64,000 bases of DNA from a virus. Its lineage: Duplodnaviria; Caudoviricetes. The stretch is from IMG/VR virus record IMGVR_UViG_3300011977_000007, positions 32,001 through 96,000 of that record, one strand, 5' to 3'. The notes below the pieces were generated by a model. The model ran no database searches. It was not told where the DNA came from and worked only from the letters and a program-made list of their open reading frames with translations. The position numbers and the translations under genes were made by a program. Shown here one piece after another: positions 53,664 to 61,046 of this stretch (position 1 is the first letter of the stretch; every line of letters begins with the position of its first letter).

Positions 53664-54308
53664 TTAATAATTATAACCATTATTTGGTAAGCTATATGAA
53701 GTTTGGTTCATACATTGATAATATGACATAATATCGCTATTTAGCATAGCATATGAGATAGAATCATTATTATCATGGCTACATATATTATCAAGATCAT
53801 ACCCACATTTAATAATAAAATCATGAAGACCACGATGTTTACTTGCAAAAAGATCGATATCACGCATTAAGTTTTCAATAATATGATCTGTGGAGAATAC
53901 GTATTCTCCATTTTTATCATAACAACCTTCATTTTGTACGAATATCATGAAAAACATATCTATGTTATTAGGGTTATTATGGAAGAACTCCAGTAACCAA
54001 CTATCATTGCGCACGATATTATAAGCAATTGATTTGAATTGCTCCGTATCAATAGTACTATTTAGCTTCAATTGTTTATTGAATCCTTTATAAAATAGTA
54101 TATATGCTCTAACCAATTGTTGATCTTGGTCTAATAATGATAGATCGAATTGATCCTTTTTCAAGTATTCAATTTCATGATTAATTGCATTTTCCTTTGT
54201 ATAGTGCTGCTCACCATCCGACGTATGATATTTATTATCATAATACTTTACGTTATGAGCAGCCATTTCCTCTAAGCTATAGTTTTTAATCATCTGATAA
54301 TTATTCAT
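53664..54308 (-). CDS. Hypothetical protein
   Basis: AGGAGG RBS. Confidence 0.65.
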   Translation of the reverse strand: MNNYQMIKNYSLEEMAAHNVKYYDNKYHTSDGEQHYTKENAINHEIEYLKKDQFDLSLLDQDQQLVRAYILFYKGFNKQLKLNSTIDTEQFKSIAYNIVRNDSWLLEFFHNNPNNIDMFFMIFVQNEGCYDKNGEYVFSTDHIIENLMRDIDLFASKHRGLHDFIIKCGYDLDNICSHDNNDSISYAMLNSDIMSYYQCMNQTSYSLPNNGYNY

Positions 54309-54317
54309 AATTTCCTC

Positions 54318-54947
54318 CTATATTTCACATTTTTTCCATGCTATAATATCCTCTGCTAAATGGTCTATACAATCAGAATCCTCATAGCAATATCCACAAT
54401 CGTAAAAACTGCTAATGGTTCTCATTGCTTTATAAGTTTCTCCATTTTTAGATAATATAATAATATGCTCACCTAATGCTGGTAATTCGCTTTTTGTTTC
54501 TATGAATCCTTCAGGAATTTTCAATTCATTACTTTTTCTATAAAGATAGAGATGGTATTCATTAGTTTTAGCTACTAAATATCCGGGTGCAATCAATTTA
54601 TTTTTTCTTAAAAGCTCTAAAGATTTTAATTGAGCTTCATTTGACCCTTTAGATGAAGATAAAATTGACTCATACCATACTGATATTAAATCATATTTAT
54701 CTACTATAAAATGGACTGGTGAAAATTCTCTAGGAATATATTCCTCAATATTCTCCATTTTTATATTTTCTTTATCGCAATAATATTGCAATAAGCACAT
54801 TTGATGAGATGGGCGGGCAAGTATTACTTGCCCATCATTATCGATGATTATCTCACAATAATGATTCCATTCATCAGGATTCTTTTTAGTTAATTCTATA
54901 AATTCTTCTATAGAATATTTTTTATTGCTAATACCATAGTTATACAT
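54318..54947 (-). CDS. Hypothetical protein
   Basis: AAGGCGG RBS; YCEIII...ARPSHQ. Confidence 0.65.
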   Translation of the reverse strand: MYNYGISNKKYSIEEFIELTKKNPDEWNHYCEIIIDNDGQVILARPSHQMCLLQYYCDKENIKMENIEEYIPREFSPVHFIVDKYDLISVWYESILSSSKGSNEAQLKSLELLRKNKLIAPGYLVAKTNEYHLYLYRKSNELKIPEGFIETKSELPALGEHIIILSKNGETYKAMRTISSFYDCGYCYEDSDCIDHLAEDIIAWKKCEI

Positions 54948-54964
54948 ATAACACCGCCTTAGTT

Positions 54965-55543
54965 TTATTTATCATTAGAGCCTGTTTCGTATTTTGTCCC
55001 TTTCCAATCTAATCCATCTATTACATATCGAGATAATTCTCTCAAAATACTATCTGGAACTTGTTTAATAAATCTATCCATACAAACAGTTTTTCTATTG
55101 GTTTTATAACTATCAATAAGCTGCATTATTTCTTCAAGAGTGATATCTTTATTGTCAATCTCTATAAATTTAGGATACCATCTATCTGAAAATACGCCAT
55201 TATAATAATCAGTTGCGCTCATTCCAGTTTCCATAGGAACCATATAACCTCGATCATATAAGATTTCACCGACAGGTTTTTCTTTATCATTACCTTTAAA
55301 AATATCTTCAGTAATTGTTCTACTATCGTATGGCGAAAAATCCGAGCAATACATTACATATACATCTTTCCCTGGATTTTCCATATCCGGTTCTATATCT
55401 GCGCCAATAATATTTGCAGCTCCACAACCTGCGCAGATTAAGAGGAAATCTTTATTGTCTTTCAAGCATTTATTAATTTTTTCATTTGGAATAGCATGAA
55501 TTCTCCCACATTTACAAATTCTAATATTGTACTTTTTACTCAT
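54965..55543 (-). CDS. Hypothetical Cys-motif protein
   Basis: CKCGRIH and CAGCG motifs. Confidence 0.65.
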   Translation of the reverse strand: MSKKYNIRICKCGRIHAIPNEKINKCLKDNKDFLLICAGCGAANIIGADIEPDMENPGKDVYVMYCSDFSPYDSRTITEDIFKGNDKEKPVGEILYDRGYMVPMETGMSATDYYNGVFSDRWYPKFIEIDNKDITLEEIMQLIDSYKTNRKTVCMDRFIKQVPDSILRELSRYVIDGLDWKGTKYETGSNDK

Positions 55544-55573
55544 AATATATACTTCCTTTCTTATATGAATTTA

Positions 55574-55969
55574 TTAATAATCTTGCTCGTCAATTATTTT
55601 ATTGCCTAAAAATGAAATATTATTAGTATTACATTCTCCTTGACATCCGTTAGTAGCCCATACTAATACATTTGCCATATTTAAAACTTCTGCACAACTA
55701 AATACCATAAATAATTGATTATCTTCATAATCAATATCGGTATTATCTGTAGTCCACATAATACTATGGATATCTTCATTTAATGATGTGATATCTGAAA
55801 TATTATATGGCTCCGGGCAAAGTAATAATTCGCCATTCCATGATGCTTTATCATCATAAGGTCCGCCTGTTTTTATATGCAAATCTTCATCTGCATAATG
55901 TGGTTATCATGTAGTAAATACTGTGCCTATTGGCATCTTACCTAAAGTTTCTTTAGTTACAATCTTCAT
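55574..55969 (-). pseudogene. Hypothetical gene interrupted by in-frame TGA TAA
   Basis: AGGAGG RBS plus ATG 55969 MKIVTKETLGKMPIGTVFTT, then TGA TAA (55909..55904), continuing in the same frame into ORF 55574..55882. Confidence 0.7.
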
Positions 55970-56002
55970 TTTACTTACCTCCTAATATATATTTGGATGT
56001 AT

Positions 56003-56524
56003 TTAGATTAATCCTTTTTCGATTAATTCTCCTAAGTAATAATATCTACATAAGCAATTCCAATTAATTAGGTACTCTTTACCAAGAATGTATTTAACAC
56101 AATTTTCTACTTTATCTAATTCATCAATCCATTTATCCCAATTGTCTGCAATGAACTGACAGTACTTTTCACCGCTTCCACGTAAAAAGCATCTACCAAC
56201 CCATTCAGCTTTCATCTTTTTATCAGGATAAACTAATGTGAAATGAATCCCATTCTTGATCAAAGCATCTATAACTTCTTTATGGCTACTTATAAAGATA
56301 TAATCAACTTTCCCAATATTCTCTTTAATGTGCTGAATATAATTCTTTGGAAATTCAGGATTGCGGTACTTTTCAAATTTATCTGAATTTACTGGATTAT
56401 GATAATAACACCAATTAAACTGACTACTATCACTATCTAGAATTTTATAGCCTTTCTCATTTAATTTTTTAAAAGTATATGTTTTCCCACAAGCATGAAA
56501 TGCACTAATAATTTTTGTCTTCAT
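56003..56524 (-). CDS. P-loop kinase-like protein
   Basis: IISAFHACGKT...ILDSDSS; early promoter at 56584..56567. Confidence 0.6.
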   Translation of the reverse strand: MKTKIISAFHACGKTYTFKKLNEKGYKILDSDSSQFNWCYYHNPVNSDKFEKYRNPEFPKNYIQHIKENIGKVDYIFISSHKEVIDALIKNGIHFTLVYPDKKMKAEWVGRCFLRGSGEKYCQFIADNWDKWIDELDKVENCVKYILGKEYLINWNCLCRYYYLGELIEKGLI

Positions 56525-56662
56525 ATTGTTTATCCTCCATAATTATATTTTTATTCTATATACATATATAATATATAATTGAAAATATTTTAAAATAGAA
56601 AAAATATAATAGTAGTTATTTTAATCTTTTTTGAATAAGGGGATTTCTCCCCTTATTCATAT

Positions 56663-57151
56663 TTAATCACTATATAATGCTTTATAAAATGATATTTTCA
56701 ACTTACTGTATTCTTCATACAGCTTAATAAACCGCTTTGTAGATGAATATCTAGGAACATAGTTATCTATCCCACTACCATCATTGAATCTACCATGCAG
56801 AATCATATTATTAATCCATCTATTAAAATGATTCATAATAATACCATCTGTATGAGCATCCCATTTATAAAACGCAATTATCATGAATCCATTAGGATTA
56901 TCGATTCTATACCCATAACACCCGTTATTCATTTTTCCGGGAGCTAAAATAGTATCAGTAGATTCATCATACAGTGCAGGCTCATTATATTTTAATACTT
57001 CTACAAATTGTTCTCTAGTCCATCTTTCTTTAATAATTGAGCATTTGCTTCTATCATAATTAAAAGCTACAATAGTCGCAAAATAATTTAAATTTGCACG
57101 ACAATCATTCTTTTTGCACTTTGTGCATTTTCTTTCTTTAATATTATCCAT
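56663..57151 (-). CDS. Hypothetical protein
   Basis: AGGAG RBS. Confidence 0.6.
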   Translation of the reverse strand: MDNIKERKCTKCKKNDCRANLNYFATIVAFNYDRSKCSIIKERWTREQFVEVLKYNEPALYDESTDTILAPGKMNNGCYGYRIDNPNGFMIIAFYKWDAHTDGIIMNHFNRWINNMILHGRFNDGSGIDNYVPRYSSTKRFIKLYEEYSKLKISFYKALYSD

Positions 57152-57163
57152 GATAATTATCTC

Positions 57164-57439
57164 CTAGACAAATCTATACTCCTGTTTAACATCAGGGTAT
57201 TTTTCCTTATCAACTTTAGATAAGAACATTTCTTTAGGTCTAACATATACCTGACCATCACCATATAATGCCTGATAGCATACAAACTTTTCTCCAGTCT
57301 CAGTATGCTGTGCATCCATAGAAATAATTCTATAAAGATACATTGTTGGAAAATTCCTCAATACTTCATCAGATAATGTCTCTCTCTTGAAATGCCTTAC
57401 AATATCTCCTGCTTTTAAATTTCTAACTTCATTACTCAT
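57164..57439 (-). CDS. DUF1653-family protein
   Basis: VRHFK...AQHTETGE..V.YQALYG....YVRPKEMFLS.VDKEKYP...QEYRF. Confidence 0.85.
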   Translation of the reverse strand: MSNEVRNLKAGDIVRHFKRETLSDEVLRNFPTMYLYRIISMDAQHTETGEKFVCYQALYGDGQVYVRPKEMFLSKVDKEKYPDVKQEYRFV

Positions 57440-58193
57440 TTTCTTTTTCCTCCTCATTTTCTTCACATTTTTCATCTACTACTAATCCACCATCTTTTTT
57501 AGATTCATTAATTCTGGTGATATTAGCATCTATACCAAATTTATCTTTAAGAAAATTAATGTAATACATTCTTTCATCGCGATATGTGTATTTATCCGCC
57601 ACAAGTTCTAATAATGCAGTAATTAAATGACTACATGGTGTACATTCACCGCAAAAATCTCCTCCATCAATATTTTCGCATGATGTACTATTTTCTAATA
57701 AGAATTTATCCTTTTGATATAAGAAGTGTATAATATCTTTCTTATAATAATATCTAAGAGGAAATCTCACACCAATATCGGTATGCTGAAAATGAGCTGC
57801 TGCTGTAATAACCTTAATAAGATCATCCATGTGAGTCAATGCCTGATCACCACAAATATAACTCAAATCTATTTCATCACAATCGCTAGTTAATAAGCAC
57901 ATATATGGTAACCACATTAATGGTTGAGCTAAACCACGATTACTATTAGGCCAATAGCTGCATTCAGTATCAATACCAATATTAGCATTAATAACATTAA
58001 GTTTGCAGTTATAATATTTAGCCTTAAGATAATCAATGATTTTCTTTCTAGCTTCAGTCTCCCTATTTACTTTTTCTTTACCAAGTAAATTAGATTCAAT
58101 ACATACAATTGTAACTTCACTTTCCTCTTGCATTAATTCATTGAGTAAGTATGTTGAATCAAATCCACCGCTGAATAACATTGCTTTTTTCAT
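57432..58193 (-). CDS. QueC-like PP-loop ATPase
   Basis: LFSGGFDS PP-loop; FPL....K..I; SC.......CGECTPC zinc motif. Confidence 0.75.
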   Translation of the reverse strand: MKKAMLFSGGFDSTYLLNELMQEESEVTIVCIESNLLGKEKVNRETEARKKIIDYLKAKYYNCKLNVINANIGIDTECSYWPNSNRGLAQPLMWLPYMCLLTSDCDEIDLSYICGDQALTHMDDLIKVITAAAHFQHTDIGVRFPLRYYYKKDIIHFLYQKDKFLLENSTSCENIDGGDFCGECTPCSHLITALLELVADKYTYRDERMYYINFLKDKFGIDANITRINESKKDGGLVVDEKCEENEEEKENE

Positions 58194-59020
58194 GATAATA
58201 ATACCTCCTTAGAATCACTACAATATTTTACAAATTCTACACCGTTAGGCGCAAACATATTAAGCATTGCGCATACTAAATTATAGCTTAATCCTGAATG
58301 GTCTTGTCCATTAAATATGCTTTTTGCTTCTGCAAAATGATTATTCGAATCTGTAGCTTTATTAAGCTCTTTAATAATTTCAAGAGTTGCATCCAATTCC
58401 ATACCATGGTATATATCCCTTAATCTTATAGGTACAATTGCATACCACTGATCTAATTTATCATCTGCAATAACACCTTTAGCTAAAGCATTATACTTTT
58501 TAGTTAAAGTAGAAATTTTCTTTTGAAATTCCTTTTCTGCCTTTTCATAATCTAATTCTACTTCTTTCTGCTTATTACCATTTGCGCATACTCTAGAGTA
58601 GATTTCATCTACATTTAAATTATCAGAATAAATAGGATGACCATTAAACAATGCATATACTAAATTAGTACCGACAATATTAGGGTTTACTGTTCTTATA
58701 TATTCAATAGCCTGATTAAGATAACGTAATGGTGGAAGCTGAATTTCTTTATACTGTTTCTTCAAATTCTCAATAGCATTAATAGCGGCAAATTCACCAT
58801 TAAATCTATCATAAACTCCGGAAGAAAGTTTATCTCTACCAATATCACATTTGATATTTTTACCATTGATGACATTAATTTTTCTATCTTTATTTACAAA
58901 GTAAGCAATATCATTAAGAGTAATTACTTTATTCATATCTGTTTTTTCTGTTGGTATTGCAGCATCATATAATGCTTTTACCAACTTAACTTTATTTAAT
59001 CCTTCGATATCAATTTTCAT
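58190..59020 (-). CDS. Hypothetical protein
   Basis: GGAGG RBS, 276 aa. Confidence 0.65.
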   Translation of the reverse strand: MKIDIEGLNKVKLVKALYDAAIPTEKTDMNKVITLNDIAYFVNKDRKINVINGKNIKCDIGRDKLSSGVYDRFNGEFAAINAIENLKKQYKEIQLPPLRYLNQAIEYIRTVNPNIVGTNLVYALFNGHPIYSDNLNVDEIYSRVCANGNKQKEVELDYEKAEKEFQKKISTLTKKYNALAKGVIADDKLDQWYAIVPIRLRDIYHGMELDATLEIIKELNKATDSNNHFAEAKSIFNGQDHSGLSYNLVCAMLNMFAPNGVEFVKYCSDSKEVLLS

Positions 59021-59043
59021 TTTATATACCTCCGTATTTATTT

Positions 59044-59277
59044 TTATAATGTAGCCGGACTAATGTTAATTATTCGTTCATCATTAGTCCTTACAATAGT
59101 CCAATAACTCCCAATTCTCGGATCATTTTGTATATTTAATGATTCGTCATTGGCTCTTACATATAAATACCGTAGCTCAGGAATTTCATCATCTGGCTCT
59201 ATCATTTTAATAGTGCCTTTATAAGTTACTGTATAATCTACAAGATCTAATACTTCAATTATATCGCCAACTTTCAT
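59044..59277 (-). CDS. Hypothetical protein
   Basis: GGAGG RBS. Confidence 0.6.
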   Translation of the reverse strand: MKVGDIIEVLDLVDYTVTYKGTIKMIEPDDEIPELRYLYVRANDESLNIQNDPRIGSYWTIVRTNDERIINISPATL

Positions 59278-59278
59278 A

Positions 59279-59776
59279 TTAAGCCTCCATTACCTGTAAC
59301 CAAAACTCTTTTGTATCACATGCATTAAATTTATTACCATTACTATCGGTTGCTTTATCTTTAATAGTAGCATCATATTTTGATATATACTCATTATAAA
59401 TTTCAGGATCTTTTAAAATAGGCCATCTAAGTGGAAATGCACCTACTACATCCGATGGTGTAATTTCATACCCTCTAGGTATTGGAGATCCCTTTTTATC
59501 TTTAATGCTTTGCAAAAGATCCATTAATATAGCCTGAACCAATCCTGGATTTTCTCCGCTAAAAAGTCCTAATAATAATAATAACTCATCTGGAAGCTCT
59601 ATACCAACATCAAAGGCTTCAAATTTTTTAGTTAAAATTTTTGCCGTAAATGAATTTTTCATAATTATATCATGTGCTTCTTCATCATGTTGTGTTCCTA
59701 ATTTATGCCATTTATTATAGACCATATCACATAAATTTTCAATTTCTTTTACTTCCTTATTATCCATATTAATCAC
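59279..59776 (-). CDS. Hypothetical protein
   Basis: ORF track; likely start at ATG 59767 after GAGGTG. Confidence 0.6.
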   Translation of the reverse strand: MINMDNKEVKEIENLCDMVYNKWHKLGTQHDEEAHDIIMKNSFTAKILTKKFEAFDVGIELPDELLLLLGLFSGENPGLVQAILMDLLQSIKDKKGSPIPRGYEITPSDVVGAFPLRWPILKDPEIYNEYISKYDATIKDKATDSNGNKFNACDTKEFWLQVMEA

Positions 59777-59822
59777 CTCATAAAATTATTAGGAGGTATC
59801 ACTAAGGATACCTCCTTTATTA

Positions 59823-60086
59823 TTAATTCATAACAAACCAATCTTCTGCTAAACAGTCATTTACACTTGGAACCCATGTTGATACTGTTCCATTAACATT
59901 TTTAATTGCAAAATAAGGATTGTAATTAACTTTACCATCCTCGTCGGCAATATCTATTGCTGCTTTAGTATAAGCTGAGAATCTTCCTGCTGGTACAAGA
60001 AATACAAACATACCTTTACCGTTCCAGCCATCCCTTGATACTTTAGCGCCTTTCTTTATTTCTTCTAAAGCTTCACCAAAATTCAT
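59823..60086 (-). CDS. DUF2829-family protein
   Basis: MNFGEALE..K.G.KV.R.GWNGKGMFVFL...WVPS..D.LAEDW. Confidence 0.85.
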   Translation of the reverse strand: MNFGEALEEIKKGAKVSRDGWNGKGMFVFLVPAGRFSAYTKAAIDIADEDGKVNYNPYFAIKNVNGTVSTWVPSVNDCLAEDWFVMN

Positions 60087-60087
60087 T

Positions 60088-60642
60088 TTAAAACTCCACT
60101 CCCTGATTATGTTTATTAACAACTCTTGCTACTTCTACCTTAGTTCTATCATTTTTTACATTCTGATAATCGCATAAATTATCAAATATACGATCAAAAT
60201 GATTATTGATGGCATTATTAATTTCGTTCTGCATACTGGAGACGCATGCAGATAAGTACATTGCAAAATCTGTATCCATATTAGCAGTATCTTTATTAAA
60301 ATCACCGGTGTCATACAAGGCAAGCGCTGCTGGATCATGATCTCCGTATGTTACCTGAGATTTGTCTACAGGTTCTGATGGTTCTGTGCAATCATCGCAA
60401 TATGCAACTTCTAAGTTTGCAATATCTTCATCAGAAGCAGCAATTGAAAAATGTCCATCACCAACTGTATAAACAGGTGTATCTGGATCTAATGTACTGA
60501 AAAAGTGAGCGAGATTACCAGCTTTCATTTCTACATTACCCATTGTATCCTCACAATGATTTCCGCATTTGCACATATGTTCTACCTCCTTAGCTGTTTG
60601 TAAATCTTTCTGTTTTTTGTTTCTCATTTTTATTTCCTCCAT
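60088..60642 (-). CDS. Hypothetical protein (probable early gene)
   Basis: ORF track; early promoter at 60700..60683. Confidence 0.6.
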   Translation of the reverse strand: MEEIKMRNKKQKDLQTAKEVEHMCKCGNHCEDTMGNVEMKAGNLAHFFSTLDPDTPVYTVGDGHFSIAASDEDIANLEVAYCDDCTEPSEPVDKSQVTYGDHDPAALALYDTGDFNKDTANMDTDFAMYLSACVSSMQNEINNAINNHFDRIFDNLCDYQNVKNDRTKVEVARVVNKHNQGVEF

Positions 60643-60715
60643 TTTCTTTTATTATATAGAAGTTTATACCTCTATATATTTATATAATATATAATTATAA
60701 ATTCCTTTATTTAGA

Positions 60716-60994
60716 TTAAATAAACAGGCATTTAAGCACATATGCTATAATTGTCCATATAGTATATCTAGTACAATTCCTAAGAAATGATACAGATATA
60801 CTTTCATCATCATTAGCAATATGATTAGCTTTATCAACTAATATGAAATCTATAATAAGTACGATTCCTAAACTTTGAGTATTATTTAATACAGGGAATC
60901 CATTGAATAATTCTGGAATATACCAATTATATATTGCTTTAAAGCATGCTACTCGTATTATAAATTGAACTATCATATAGATAAATTCTACCAT
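60716..60994 (-). CDS. Hypothetical membrane protein
   Basis: Three hydrophobic segments; ATG 60994 after GGAGG. Confidence 0.65.
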   Translation of the reverse strand: MVEFIYMIVQFIIRVACFKAIYNWYIPELFNGFPVLNNTQSLGIVLIIDFILVDKANHIANDDESISVSFLRNCTRYTIWTIIAYVLKCLFI

Positions 60995-61046
60995 TTTTAT
61001 CCCTCCATCAAAAAATAAAGAGGGAGCTATAAACTCCCTCAATATT

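Noticed and set aside
3640-60338. Short antisense or overlapping ORFs in the track (e.g. 3640, 7711, 15367, 24619, 25423, 31744, 41659, 46500, 51653, 60156)
   Set aside because: They overlap longer genes that have RBS and motif support, and show no RBS or recognisable motif of their own.
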